Shown in pieces: positions 1 through 9,777 of a DNA stretch of 64,000 bases; positions within the stretch are counted from its first letter, which is position 1; every line of letters begins with the position of its first letter. The notes beneath the pieces are model-generated. The model was not told the DNA's origin. It did not search any database and was given only the letters and a program-made list of their open reading frames with translations. Where the stretch lies: assembly GCA_964201665.1 (NCBI GenBank), contig CAXNEW010000002.1:9807-73806 (forward strand), given 5' to 3'. Position numbers and translations under genes: made by a program. The DNA is from Bdellovibrionota bacterium. Its GTDB lineage: Bacteria; Bdellovibrionota; UBA2428.

Positions 1-4
1 TGAT

Positions 5-397
5 TTGGGAAGTGGCTACACATATCTCTGGTATTCAGTGGCCTTTGCTATGTTGGGCCATGTGATAGTTTTGATGGGAGTGTATTGGATCGCTCAAGTT
101 GTGTTTGGTTCGGGGCCATGGGGAAATATTGATGTCTCGGCATTTGTTTTGGCCAATGTTTTAGGAATGTGTGCACTCGCTTTGCCTTTAACTCCAATGG
201 GTTTGGGTGTCGGGCAAATTGCCTACTCGTCGTTGTTTTGGATTATGGGGGCACCTTCGAAGGAATTTGGCGGTGCTCTCATTACCAACCTTCAGTTGAT
301 TCAAGTTTTAGTTGGAATTGTGGGGATTTATTTCTTTGCAACCTACAAGGCTAAGGTCGCAGGAAGTGCACAGCATGATGTTAGCGCCTCAATCTGA
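5..397 (+). CDS. Partial (5'-truncated) polytopic membrane protein
   Basis: Translation shows several hydrophobic helices (VIVLMGVYWIAQVV, FVLANVLGMCALAL, VLVGIVGIYFF). ORF opens at the window edge. Confidence 0.35.
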   Translation: MGSGYTYLWYSVAFAMLGHVIVLMGVYWIAQVVFGSGPWGNIDVSAFVLANVLGMCALALPLTPMGLGVGQIAYSSLFWIMGAPSKEFGGALITNLQLIQVLVGIVGIYFFATYKAKVAGSAQHDVSASI

Positions 398-1160
398 GCA
401 GCCACTCTCGCAGCCTTTAGAAACTTTGCAGGCAGGGCAAAAACTCTCTGTAGACGCCTGGGTTTTATCCATCCTTCCTTTTAAAGAACGAGATAAAATA
501 ATTAATCTTTATTCGCCCGAGCTTGGAAAAGTTTCAACTTTTGCGAGATCTGTAGTTGGGAGTCAGAAAAGATTTGCTGGGGTTATGGAGGGCTTCCAAA
601 CTGTAAAGGCCCATCTTACGGTTCCACGTGGAATCCATTCTGATTCAGAGCGAACGCTTTGGCACCTTGACTCCATTCAGGTTTTAGAAGTTTTTCCTCA
701 TTGGAGAAAAAATTATTTTTCGATTGAAACTCTTTTTTTTATGGCACGATTTATTGCTGATATTGTCCCCGCCACACAGCCTGATGAGTCGCTCTACCGA
801 ACTCTACAAATTTTTTTAAGTCTCCCGGGAGATTCTCGTTTTTTCAAAGCCCAGTCTTGGGTTAGGGCTGCTTTCTGGTCAAGGGCGAGTTTTTGTTTAG
901 GGTTTGGGTCCCTCCTCTCAGGTTTTTCTGAGAGTCTTGAAAAGTCCGATCCCAAATGGATTCAGTTTTGGAGGGAGTGTTTTGAAGTTGGTGAAATAAA
1001 TTTTTCTAGATTTATCGCCGGGTTTGAAAAAAAACCTATTGATCCGCTGACTTTGTCTGAAGAGGCAAAAATATATGAACAGTGGTTGGGGCAAACCTCA
1101 ATCCATTGGCCGCATTTTGAAAATTGGTTACAAAGTAAATCTCAAAGTGGGAGTCTATAA
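375..1160 (+). CDS. recO: DNA repair protein RecO
   Basis: N-terminal OB-fold region (DAWVLSILPFKERDKIINLYSPELGKVSTFARS ... SQKRFAGVMEGFQ) matches the RecO pattern. Start moved to the internal ATG at 375 to give the typical ~260 aa length. Confidence 0.55.
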   Translation: MMLAPQSEQPLSQPLETLQAGQKLSVDAWVLSILPFKERDKIINLYSPELGKVSTFARSVVGSQKRFAGVMEGFQTVKAHLTVPRGIHSDSERTLWHLDSIQVLEVFPHWRKNYFSIETLFFMARFIADIVPATQPDESLYRTLQIFLSLPGDSRFFKAQSWVRAAFWSRASFCLGFGSLLSGFSESLEKSDPKWIQFWRECFEVGEINFSRFIAGFEKKPIDPLTLSEEAKIYEQWLGQTSIHWPHFENWLQSKSQSGSL

Positions 1161-1162
1161 AA

Positions 1163-1654
1163 ATGAAAATTGTTTGTTATTTTTTCTTTGGGGTTCTGGT
1201 TTTGTTTGGAATTTCTAAAGATTCGTCGGCTTCTGACGAAAACTCCCCTCAAAAACTCATTGAGAAAAAATACTTTGTTTGTGGGCAATCTCTCGATGTT
1301 GAAATCGCCGATAGTCCCGAAGAAAGACAAAAGGGCCTCATGTTCAGATCTCGAATTGATGAGGGGCGGGGGATGATTTTTTTGTTCCCATTTCCACAGG
1401 TCCTTTCCTTTTGGATGAAAAATGTTCCCTTCGATATTGATATTGGTTACTTTGACTCCAAGGGTTTTCTAAAACATTTTGAAACGATGAAGGGAACTTC
1501 ATTACTCATGAAAACGAGTAAAATACCCAACTATTCCAGTAGAGTTAAAGTTCAGATTGCCCTTGAAGTTGTGCCAGGATTTTTTTCGCGCCTTTCAAAA
1601 GACAAGCTCAGCGCCTGTAAGATCGAACCCTTGGATGCTTTTCCAAAATTCTAA
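1163..1654 (+). CDS. DUF192 (COG1430) family secreted protein
   Basis: Signal peptide, then VEIADSPEERQKGLMFR ... GMIFLF ... FWMKNVPFDIDIGYFD ... ALEVVPGFF, which is the DUF192 signature order. Confidence 0.55.
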   Translation: MKIVCYFFFGVLVLFGISKDSSASDENSPQKLIEKKYFVCGQSLDVEIADSPEERQKGLMFRSRIDEGRGMIFLFPFPQVLSFWMKNVPFDIDIGYFDSKGFLKHFETMKGTSLLMKTSKIPNYSSRVKVQIALEVVPGFFSRLSKDKLSACKIEPLDAFPKF

Positions 1655-2208
1655 AAATTCTTCACTCGTCCCCACGGATCTGGATTGGGGGAGGGAGCTG
1701 AATTTGGGCTTAAAGGGTTGGCTTGGTGGGCCGGTGCGGCAGTTTCTGTTTTTGGATTTTGGTCAAAATACAAGAAGGCCCCGCCGAGAGCGAGGGCTCC
1801 GAGAACCCAAATAAAGGCTGTTTTCTGAGAGTGATTCTCTTGACCCTGGGTGGACCCTGTTTTTTCCCAAAATTGAGTCAGATCTAAACTTGCTTTGTCC
1901 TTTGCATCGTTGTCTTGAATAGATGGAAAGTGAATCGTTCGCCCATCGACAAGAAGCTCTATGGGGAAACTGCGTCGGCCCTGCCAAAAGGAATTTTCAG
2001 CCTCGATTATAATTTCTGATGGAGTGTAGAAGTATCTTCCCTTGTTTTCGCATTCGACTGAATCAAAAAAAAGATCTCGGGTGGGAAAGGCTTTTTTGTA
2101 CTCAGAGGTAAGTCTGTTTTTTGTTAACACTTGAACTTCATGAGGTATGAACACCGGGTTCTGATTTAAAGCCACACTTAGTGAGAGACAAAGAAAAGGG
2201 GAATTCAT
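1651..2208 (-). CDS. Hypothetical membrane-anchored protein, last gene of the flp mini-operon
   Basis: ORF with a C-terminal TM helix (FIWVLGALALGGAFLYF). 4-nt overlap with the upstream gene. Confidence 0.35.
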   Translation of the reverse strand: MNSPFLCLSLSVALNQNPVFIPHEVQVLTKNRLTSEYKKAFPTRDLFFDSVECENKGRYFYTPSEIIIEAENSFWQGRRSFPIELLVDGRTIHFPSIQDNDAKDKASLDLTQFWEKTGSTQGQENHSQKTAFIWVLGALALGGAFLYFDQNPKTETAAPAHQANPLSPNSAPSPNPDPWGRVKNF

Positions 2209-2732
2209 TGCTGAGCCTGCTTTGAATCAGAAAATATGATTTGAGTTCTAGAAGAACCCGAATTTTTCGTTTTTTTTGGGAATTCAATCTCGAGGTCTTT
2301 CCAAAAAAGAATGCCGTGGGGAGGAATATTTTTTTTTGCTTTCAACGGAAATTTCAATTCAGTCAACTGGTCTGAAGTTAAACAATCAAGTCTTTGGCGC
2401 GGTGTCAGGTCTGACCGCTTAAGCGGAATCAATTTTAGAGTTTCCGTGGTTACGTGACTGCCTTTTTGCAGGGGTACCATAGTCACAAGGACCTCAAGGG
2501 GGGGAATTCCGGTTTGAGTTGATGGGCCTGAGGATGTGTTTCCGAGTGCACGCACCAGCGTGGCGAGCGTGACGAGTAAAACCAGGGCCCAGGGAATGAT
2601 GCGTTGAAAAACGGGGGTTTTGGCACTTGATTTGAGTTTTTCGATGAGAGTTTTCGAAGCAGGCGTGGGTTCGTCAAGTTCTTCGAAATTTATTTTCAGC
2701 GAATCTTCCATGGGTCTGTTTGGGGTAAACAT
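2205..2732 (-). CDS. Short CpaB/RcpC-like SAF-domain protein
   Basis: N-terminal TM (IIPWALVLLVTLATLV) followed by a SAF-like stretch (VLVTMVPLQKGSHVTTETLKLIPLKRSDL), typical of CpaB/FlgA N-termini. Confidence 0.4.
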   Translation of the reverse strand: MFTPNRPMEDSLKINFEELDEPTPASKTLIEKLKSSAKTPVFQRIIPWALVLLVTLATLVRALGNTSSGPSTQTGIPPLEVLVTMVPLQKGSHVTTETLKLIPLKRSDLTPRQRLDCLTSDQLTELKFPLKAKKNIPPHGILFWKDLEIEFPKKTKNSGSSRTQIIFSDSKQAQQ

Positions 2733-2864
2733 TTTTTCACCAGGTCCTTCTGTAGTTTTTTTGAATACGGATTTGAACTTGAGTTTGATATTTTTCTATT
2801 TTGGTTTGAGCCCATAAAATCATGGCTACGAGCAAAATCCATGAAAGTAAAATTTCAAAAAGAT

Positions 2865-3395
2865 TCATAACGGTAAAACGGTGTTTCTAAAAAATTGCCA
2901 AGTAGCCTTGGAAGTAAAAAAATCAGATGGATTCTTAATTTCAATTAGTAAGCCACCTGGATGAGGACCCTTTTGATGTTCATAAACGAGAACTGTTTGT
3001 GTGGGTGACCAAAAAAGCGGCCCCATAAATCCACAGGGGTCAGGCGGCTGGCGTATTCCCCTGTTAAACTGGACGGTTTTTCCAGGCGCCGACTCAAAGA
3101 GGAGCTCTATTTTTCTGAGGCCAAAGTTTTGCTGGCCAACCCAACTCAGAGATTGGCTGATAAAGGGAGCAAGTCCCGGGCCCAGGCCCATCATCTTCGG
3201 ACAATTTTTTCTTAAATGAGTTAGTGAAGAATTAAGTTCAAGAATGCTTTGAAGGTCCCCTGCGGCAAGTTCACCCAAGCGGGCAATGTCGGCGTCTTGC
3301 TGGGATATTTCATAAAGAATTTTCCCTATTTTTAGACTTTCCGCGGCCGCCTGAACCCAGCAGGCTAAAAATAGTGCCAAAATACTTGGTAACAT
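2865..3395 (-). CDS. Hypothetical secreted protein in the flp mini-operon
   Basis: Signal peptide MLPSILALFLACWVQAAA. Position between the TadE-like and CpaB-like genes. Confidence 0.35.
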   Translation of the reverse strand: MLPSILALFLACWVQAAAESLKIGKILYEISQQDADIARLGELAAGDLQSILELNSSLTHLRKNCPKMMGLGPGLAPFISQSLSWVGQQNFGLRKIELLFESAPGKTVQFNRGIRQPPDPCGFMGPLFWSPTQTVLVYEHQKGPHPGGLLIEIKNPSDFFTSKATWQFFRNTVLPL

Positions 3396-3396
3396 T

Positions 3397-3756
3397 CTAT
3401 TTTGATCTCAAAGGGTAATTCAGGAAATATTCTGCGTTTAAAGTGAATCCGTTTAGAGGCCTTATCAAAGCGGGGACTTTTAATTCCATTGAGGTTTTGC
3501 CTGGGGAACTGCAGCTTTTCGTTACTGAAAAACCCACATTCGTGTTTGGCCACAACTTTGAGGGTCGGCAAGAGCTTAGTGAGTTTCCATAAAGCTGGGC
3601 GCGGGCTGTAAAAAAGGCGTCTGCATGGAGGGCGCTTACCGAAAAAATTCGGAGTGTGTAAAGCAGTACCATTCCAAAAAGAGGTATCCCTAAGAGCGGC
3701 AGTGATAAGCAAAATTCAGTTGTTATGGTTCCGTTATTTCTATTTTTCATTTTCAC
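3397..3756 (-). CDS. TadE-like pseudopilin
   Basis: N-terminus GTITTEFCLSLPLLGIPLFGMVLLY resembles the TadE N-terminal motif (charged stretch, then E-F-x-L-x-x-P-L-L hydrophobic helix). Confidence 0.45.
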   Translation of the reverse strand: MKMKNRNNGTITTEFCLSLPLLGIPLFGMVLLYTLRIFSVSALHADAFFTARAQLYGNSLSSCRPSKLWPNTNVGFSVTKSCSSPGKTSMELKVPALIRPLNGFTLNAEYFLNYPLRSK

Positions 3757-3988
3757 TTGAGTCCTGAAATTTCGCGTTAAAATCGCCGAGGTCTTTTATG
3801 GAGTAGTGGTCCTCGGCCAGTTTTTTTCCTTCTCCGGACTTTTTGCGACCGGCGACAGCCTCACTGACTTTGCCTATTCCGAGCTGAAGATTTGACGCAA
3901 GGAGCTGGACAACGGCGATCGAGCCAGCCCCTACAAGAGCAATAAGTATTAAATATTCCGTTAAACTTTGTCCTTTTTTTGAATTCAT
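3740..3988 (-). CDS. flp: Flp/Fap family type IVb pilin
   Basis: MNSKKGQSLTEYLILIALVGAGSIAVV: Flp prepilin motif (G/xxxxEY) followed by a hydrophobic helix. 82 aa. Confidence 0.65.
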   Translation of the reverse strand: MNSKKGQSLTEYLILIALVGAGSIAVVQLLASNLQLGIGKVSEAVAGRKKSGEGKKLAEDHYSIKDLGDFNAKFQDSSENEK

Positions 3989-4080
3989 CCTTAAAAATCC
4001 TCCTAAATGGAAAGTGAATAAGCCAATAATTTGTCAGTTTGTAGATCAATGAATCGGTCGGGTTGTAGAATGGAAGTAAC

Positions 4081-4899
4081 GTGGAACCTTACAAAAAACG
4101 CCTGCACCTGGATAAAACCGAAATGATTTTTCTTTTTGGTTTGGTATTTTTGATTTCGAGTTTGATGTTTACCTTTGGAATTCTCATGGGATTCGGGCTC
4201 AAACCTACAGAAGTAAAAACCGTGGAAGAGTTGGCTCATTCTGAGAAGACCGGTAACTCTCATGACGTTCACTCCAGAAGTCCCGCTGCAGAAACTGAAA
4301 AGAGTCCATTGGAAACTGGCGAAACAGATTCCGAAAAAATTGCTAAAAAAGAAGGCCCAGTAAAAAAGACAACAGGAAATAAATTGAAGGACGATTATTA
4401 CGATTCCAAACAACGGGCTCTTGTAGATATGGCCCTTCGAGAATCTCCCGGCGGCGACCCTCGCTCTATCTTGGATACCAAGGCACACCTGGCGGCAAAC
4501 ACCCAATGGAAGCGTGAAATTGCATCTGAATCCGGCCCCGAGAAAAAAGACGAAGTCGATAATTCGACCGAAGAAACGGCCAAGGATGTGTCTATGGGGG
4601 TGAGAGAACTTTTTGAACGAAGCCCCACCTCGGCAGAAATTTTTGTTCCGACTCCTGGTAGTTTCACCGTTCAGATTGCGAGTTACGCAACCAAGGACGA
4701 GTCTCGAGCAAAAATTATTGAACTTCGAAAAGCCAACTTCAATGAAGCCTATGTTCAAGAAGTGAAACTTAAAAATGGAGAAGTGTGGTGGCGTGTTGCC
4801 GTTGGAAGTTATCCAGGGGCCGCATGGGCCAAGAAAGCCGGAGAAACGCTTAAGCGAAGAAAGCTCGCTGTAGATTTTGTTATTCGAGAAGTTAACTAG
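4081..4899 (+). CDS. SPOR-domain cell-division/peptidoglycan-binding protein
   Basis: N-terminal TM, charged low-complexity linker, and a C-terminal SPOR-like fold (FTVQIASYATKDESRAKIIELRKANF...WWRVAVGSYPGAAWAKKAGETL). GTG start. Confidence 0.65.
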   Translation: MEPYKKRLHLDKTEMIFLFGLVFLISSLMFTFGILMGFGLKPTEVKTVEELAHSEKTGNSHDVHSRSPAAETEKSPLETGETDSEKIAKKEGPVKKTTGNKLKDDYYDSKQRALVDMALRESPGGDPRSILDTKAHLAANTQWKREIASESGPEKKDEVDNSTEETAKDVSMGVRELFERSPTSAEIFVPTPGSFTVQIASYATKDESRAKIIELRKANFNEAYVQEVKLKNGEVWWRVAVGSYPGAAWAKKAGETLKRRKLAVDFVIREVN

Positions 4900-4928
4900 T
4901 AGCCCCCACAAAGTTCCAAAACAAATTG

Positions 4929-5924
4929 TCATCGGTAGTTTCCCATTACTGAGGGAAGATCCCTCAGTTCTTCAATCCACGGAATTCTACGACCTGAAAT
5001 TTTTGCTGGAAGATCTTTGATTTCAATCTGAGGCCCCAAGCACCTGAGAGATGCATAAAGAAGGCAGTGCTCGAGCTCACGAATGTTTCCGGGCCATGGG
5101 TAGTTTAAAAATAGATTTAAAACATTGGCTGAAAGCTCAAGCGGGGCCGTTGAGTGCTGTTTCTGGTGAAGATCTAAAAAAAATCTAGAAAGCTTGGGAA
5201 TGTCTTCGGCGCGAGATCTCAAGGGAGGAAGGTAAATTGGAAAAGCATTGAGTCTGAAATAAAGATCGCGCCGGAATTGGCCAAGATCAACAAGTCTTTC
5301 GAGCGAAACATTGGATGCGGCAATGACTTGAGCTTGAATTGAATAGCTGTGGGCGGCGCCGAGTTTGTCGATTTCGCCTGTTTGAAGGACCCTAAGAAGC
5401 TTGGCCTGAATTGAAAGCGGGAGGTTTTGAATTTCGTCTAGAAAAATACTTCCTCTGCCGGCCATCTCAAATTTCCCTGACCGAGATTCGCGTGCCGAGG
5501 TAAAGGCCCCTCTTTCGTGGCCAAAGAGAATGGATTCAGCCAAGCTTTCTGGAATCGCTCCTGAGTTGACGGCCACAAAGGGGCTTTCTGATTTCGTAAA
5601 TCCACGGGCCTGTCTGCGAATATGGTTAATTTCTCGGGCAACTATTTCTTTGCCTGTTCCCGATTCCCCCACGGTTAGAATATGAATGTCCCGGGGGGCC
5701 GCTAGTAAAATTTCGTTTCGAATTTCGACGAGTCCCTTACTCGAATCCCAAAACCAGGGCTCTAGGGGGCGCAGGCTTTGTAGGCTTTGGGCTCCAAAGC
5801 TTCTGCGTATCTTGGGCTGAAGTAGGGGCAGGCCAGAAGGCGGAATTCGAGGTTCCCCATTTAGGGGGGTGCCAGGAAAAAGAGGTAAGTTGGATTCATC
5901 CATAGTATTGCCGGGTTTACCCAT
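4929..5924 (-). CDS. Sigma-54 interaction (AAA+) domain protein lacking recognizable receiver and HTH domains
   Basis: Walker A GESGTGKE, GAFT loop (ERGAFTSA), Walker B/arginine finger region (GSIFLDEI ... LLRVL). Only ~60 aa N-terminal and ~30 aa C-terminal to the AAA+ core. Confidence 0.7.
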   Translation of the reverse strand: MGKPGNTMDESNLPLFPGTPLNGEPRIPPSGLPLLQPKIRRSFGAQSLQSLRPLEPWFWDSSKGLVEIRNEILLAAPRDIHILTVGESGTGKEIVAREINHIRRQARGFTKSESPFVAVNSGAIPESLAESILFGHERGAFTSARESRSGKFEMAGRGSIFLDEIQNLPLSIQAKLLRVLQTGEIDKLGAAHSYSIQAQVIAASNVSLERLVDLGQFRRDLYFRLNAFPIYLPPLRSRAEDIPKLSRFFLDLHQKQHSTAPLELSANVLNLFLNYPWPGNIRELEHCLLYASLRCLGPQIEIKDLPAKISGRRIPWIEELRDLPSVMGNYR

Positions 5925-5979
5925 GCAAATACTATGCCCATCAAAAAACCTTTAAATTTCAGTTGATTTATATTATGCG

Positions 5980-6687
5980 TTATTTTCTGATTTTCCCGGG
6001 CTCAGGTGTTTTGGGCCCACCAACGGGTTTAAAGTCTGGCTGGGAGTCAGGAGTGCCGTCGCCATTTTCGTCTCTTAGAATCTGCAAAAGGCGTCCGGCC
6101 GAGTAGTATTCCCAATAGTCGGGGCGCCCTGTTTTTTTGCGTGAAATCTCTCGCCTAACCAGGTTGCCTTTATCGTAGAACTTCCATATCCAGGTTTGAT
6201 TTTGGCCCTCAGGCCTCATCTCCTGTTTTGAAATTTCCAGGTTTGTGGAACCCGTTGAAAGTTTGAAAAAACTCGTGATTTCCAGGCTTCCGTCTCCGTT
6301 GAGATCCGCAGACTCACTTTCCACCCATTGGCCTCTCGAATCAAAATTCTGAATAAAATCAATCCTGCCATCTTCATTAAGGTCAAATTCCATTCGGTCC
6401 AAAATCTTCTCGGTTCCCTCAGAACGAAAAACTCTTTTTACTTGCGGAAGGCCTTCACCTGTCATTTTTAAAACTTCGAGCTTCTCAGAGTAAAGTCTTG
6501 GAATTGCTCCCGATGAGGGAAGGTCAAAAACCTCCCCGGTGGCCTGTTTGAGTTCTTTTTGGGAGGTATCAGAGGTTTGAGCTTCAGAAACCCCGGATTC
6601 ATCTGGGATTCTTTCACGACTGCAAGCTATGAGGACTAAAATCCAAAATATGTGGAAAACTCGAGGAAAGTTTGGAATTTTGTTCAT
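5980..6687 (-). CDS. Secreted/lipoprotein with repeated Ca-binding-like DxNxDG loops
   Basis: Signal peptide with Cys (LVLIACS). Three loops: DLNEDGRIDF, DLNGDGSLE, DENGDGTPD. Confidence 0.45.
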   Translation of the reverse strand: MNKIPNFPRVFHIFWILVLIACSRERIPDESGVSEAQTSDTSQKELKQATGEVFDLPSSGAIPRLYSEKLEVLKMTGEGLPQVKRVFRSEGTEKILDRMEFDLNEDGRIDFIQNFDSRGQWVESESADLNGDGSLEITSFFKLSTGSTNLEISKQEMRPEGQNQTWIWKFYDKGNLVRREISRKKTGRPDYWEYYSAGRLLQILRDENGDGTPDSQPDFKPVGGPKTPEPGKIRK

Positions 6688-6750
6688 TGACCTTCAAAAA
6701 TAGCAGCATTTTCTATTTGGCCATATATTGCAACGTGTTACTATGCAGGT

Positions 6751-6999
6751 GTGGCTCGTAAAAAAGTTTCAACGACTGTCTATCTGACCGAGGAACAAGT
6801 CATTGGGCTCAAGGCCCTTCACGAAAGAACCCGCGTACCTATTGCCGAATATATTCGCATGGGAATCGATTTCATTTTGGCCAAGCATGCGCAATATCTC
6901 CCGGGGCAAGTGCCCTTATTCGGTGAATTGCCAGAGGAGCCATTTGGACGTAAGCCCATTGCAGGCAATCCCCAGGGTCATGGCGAATCTACAAGTTGA
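6751..6999 (+). CDS. Putative ribbon-helix-helix (CopG/Arc-like) small protein overlapping the lepA start
   Basis: [35 protein letters not shown] fits a beta-strand, helix, helix RHH layout. GTG start. 3' end overlaps lepA by ~20 nt. Confidence 0.35.
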   Translation: MARKKVSTTVYLTEEQVIGLKALHERTRVPIAEYIRMGIDFILAKHAQYLPGQVPLFGELPEEPFGRKPIAGNPQGHGESTS

Positions 7000-8836
7000 A
7001 AAAATAAGAAACTTTTCCATTATTGCTCATATCGATCATGGAAAATCGACCCTCGCCGACAGACTCATTGAGTTTACCGGAGGCCTTGCTAAGCGGGAAA
7101 TGTCTGCCCAAGTTTTGGATTCACTCGAAATCGAACGGGAACGCGGAATCACCATCAAGGCCCAAACAGTACGACTAAATTACAGAGCCAAAGACGGCCA
7201 AGATTATATTTTAAATTTAATCGATACACCTGGGCATGTGGATTTTACCTATGAAGTTTCGCGTTCACTTGCAGCTTGCGAAGGGGCGGTATTGGTTGTC
7301 GACGCTTCTCAGGGAGTTGAGGCCCAAACGGTAGCCAATGTTTACATGGCTCTTGATCATAATTTGGCGATCGTGCCCGTTATAAACAAAATTGATTTAC
7401 CATCGGCCGATATCGAATCAGCCAAAAAACAAATTGAAGACGTTATTGGGCTTGATGCTTCTTTAGCGATTCCATGCTCGGCAAAAGAAGGTAAGGGAAT
7501 TCAAGAAATTTTAGAGGCCATTGTGTTGACCGTTCCTCCTCCAAAAGATTTGCCTGATCAGCCTCTAAGGGCTCTCATTATGGATAGCTGGTACGACAAT
7601 TACCAAGGCGTGGTGCTTTTGTGCAGAATTGTTGATGGAAGAATTCGTCGCGGCGATAAAATGCAGATGATGTACCAAAATACATTGGTAGAGTCGGACC
7701 TTGAAAAAAGATCCTATCAAATTACACGGCTGGGATTTTTTACTCCAAAGCTCGTAGACATTGAAGAAGCGGGCCCTGGCGAAGTTATTTTTGTTGTTTC
7801 TGGAATTAAGTCTGTAAGGGAATCAAAAATCGGAGACACCATCACCCATTGGCCTCAGCAGGCTGGTGATCAAACCCGTTCGGTTGCTACCGAACCCTTG
7901 CCTGGCTTTAAACTTGTAAAGTCGGTTGTTTTTGCGGGGATTTTTCCAACCGATAGTAAAGATTTTGAAAATCTCAAAGAGGCCCTTGAAAAACTGGTGC
8001 TCAACGATTCGGCCCTAACTTTTGAACCCGAATCTTCGGCAGCATTGGGGTTTGGTTTTCGCTGCGGTTATCTAGGGCTTTTGCACATGGAGATTGTTCA
8101 GGAACGTCTTGAACGCGAGTACGGAATGAATATCATCACAACGGCTCCGAGTGTGAAGTACCGAGTCACAACGGTGAAGGGTGAAAATATCGAAATTGAA
8201 AACCCTTCAAAAATGCCGCAGCCAACTCTGATTGCAAAAATTGAAGAACCCTTTATTCGTGGCACGATCCATACTCCGGCGACCTATGTGGGGGCGATCA
8301 TTGCTCTTTGTGAAGGGCGACGTGGGGTACAAGAAAAAATTGATTTTATAACCTCTGAGAGATGCGCGGTTGTTTATAAACTGCCCCTTGGCGAAATGGT
8401 TTTTGATTTTTATGACAAGTTGAAATCGTCCACCAAGGGTTATGCAAGTTTTGAGTATGAGCTTCTTGAGTTTGAAGAGTCTGATCTTATTAAACTCGAT
8501 ATATTAATAAACGGCGAATCTGTTGATGCTCTTTCGTTAATTGTGCATCGATCAAAAGCCTATGATCGCGGTCGAGATTTAACTGTCAAAATGAAAGAAG
8601 TTATTCCAAGGCAGCAATTTGAAATTGCAATTCAAGCCTCAATTGGAGCCAAAATTATTGCCAGAGAATCTCTTGCGGCTCTACGCAAAAACGTACTTGC
8701 AAAATGTTACGGTGGAGATATTTCAAGAAAACGAAAACTCCTTGAAAAGCAAAAAGAGGGCAAAAAACGCATGAAGAGCATTGGGACCGTAGATGTCCCT
8801 CAGGAAGCTTTTCTTGCGGTCTTAAAAGTTGAGTGA
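6980..8836 (+). CDS. lepA: Translation elongation factor 4 (LepA)
   Basis: [22 protein letters not shown]1 motif, [13 protein letters not shown], and the LepA-specific C-terminal domain. Start placed at MANLQVEK (ATG 6980). Confidence 0.95.
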   Translation: MANLQVEKIRNFSIIAHIDHGKSTLADRLIEFTGGLAKREMSAQVLDSLEIERERGITIKAQTVRLNYRAKDGQDYILNLIDTPGHVDFTYEVSRSLAACEGAVLVVDASQGVEAQTVANVYMALDHNLAIVPVINKIDLPSADIESAKKQIEDVIGLDASLAIPCSAKEGKGIQEILEAIVLTVPPPKDLPDQPLRALIMDSWYDNYQGVVLLCRIVDGRIRRGDKMQMMYQNTLVESDLEKRSYQITRLGFFTPKLVDIEEAGPGEVIFVVSGIKSVRESKIGDTITHWPQQAGDQTRSVATEPLPGFKLVKSVVFAGIFPTDSKDFENLKEALEKLVLNDSALTFEPESSAALGFGFRCGYLGLLHMEIVQERLEREYGMNIITTAPSVKYRVTTVKGENIEIENPSKMPQPTLIAKIEEPFIRGTIHTPATYVGAIIALCEGRRGVQEKIDFITSERCAVVYKLPLGEMVFDFYDKLKSSTKGYASFEYELLEFEESDLIKLDILINGESVDALSLIVHRSKAYDRGRDLTVKMKEVIPRQQFEIAIQASIGAKIIARESLAALRKNVLAKCYGGDISRKRKLLEKQKEGKKRMKSIGTVDVPQEAFLAVLKVE

Positions 8837-9741
8837 TGAAATTAAAATTTCCAAAAGATTTAATTTCGATTGCGGATTTAACCGAAGACACTATTTTTGA
8901 TTTGTTTGGAAAAGCAAAAATAATTTCAAAAAGAAAGTCGCCCCCAAAAATAAATAGAAAGCGTTTTTGGGGATTTTTATTTTTAGAACCTTCGACTCGA
9001 ACCAGACTCAGTTTTGAAAGAGCGGCCTTTGAAGTGGGTTTCTCATTTTCACTTTTTGAAGGCACGAAAAGCTCTTCTCTTGAAAAGGGCGAAACCTTCG
9101 AAGACATGATCGATGTTTTCATAGCAAACGGGATCCATCATTTTGTAATTCGAACCCCTCAAACCGGAGGTCTAGATTTTTTTCGAAATTTAGAGGATGC
9201 CCATGTCATAAATGGGGGTGATGGAAACGGCGAGCACCCTACCCAAGCTCTTTTGGATGCCCTAACCCTCCATCATTTTTTGGGCAAAAAAAAGAGTCTT
9301 AAAGGAATTAGCCTGCTGATACAGGGAGATGTGTTGCATTCCCGAGTTGCGAGGTCGTGGGCCCTCCTGGGTCCGCGACTCGGAATAGACCTGAAGTTTT
9401 CGAGTCCAGCCGCGCTACGACCCCAGGGTTGGGGTGCAAATATTCCCTGGAGCGAGAATCCAAGAGAATTTCAAAAGTCATCCCAGTTTGTTATGGCAAT
9501 TCGTGTTCAAAAAGAAAGATTTGAAAAACTTGATCAGGCCGATTTAGCTTTTTCAGAAATAGAAAAGAAATTTTGTTTAGTTCCTAAAGACTTGGGACAA
9601 AATCAATTTGTCATGGCTCCGGGACCCGTCAATTGGGGGGTGGAGCTGGATGCGCAGTGGCGCGAAGATCCTCGCAGCCTGGTTTTAGAGCAGGTGCGTT
9701 GGGGTCGCTTTTTAAGAGCCGCAGTCATGTCTTCTTTTTGA
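8833..9741 (+). CDS. pyrB: Aspartate carbamoyltransferase catalytic subunit
   Basis: STRTR carbamoyl-phosphate motif ([12 protein letters not shown]) and HPTQALLD. ~300 aa. Confidence 0.85.
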   Translation: MMKLKFPKDLISIADLTEDTIFDLFGKAKIISKRKSPPKINRKRFWGFLFLEPSTRTRLSFERAAFEVGFSFSLFEGTKSSSLEKGETFEDMIDVFIANGIHHFVIRTPQTGGLDFFRNLEDAHVINGGDGNGEHPTQALLDALTLHHFLGKKKSLKGISLLIQGDVLHSRVARSWALLGPRLGIDLKFSSPAALRPQGWGANIPWSENPREFQKSSQFVMAIRVQKERFEKLDQADLAFSEIEKKFCLVPKDLGQNQFVMAPGPVNWGVELDAQWREDPRSLVLEQVRWGRFLRAAVMSSF

Positions 9742-9777
9742 AAAGACACCTAGTCCCTGATACAAAATAGGTCTTAT

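Noticed and set aside
4003-4932. 309-aa minus-strand ORF antisense to the SPOR-domain gene
   Set aside because: Cys/Phe-rich low-complexity translation with no motif. It lies fully inside the plus-strand SPOR-domain CDS, which has a clear domain signature. Likely spurious.
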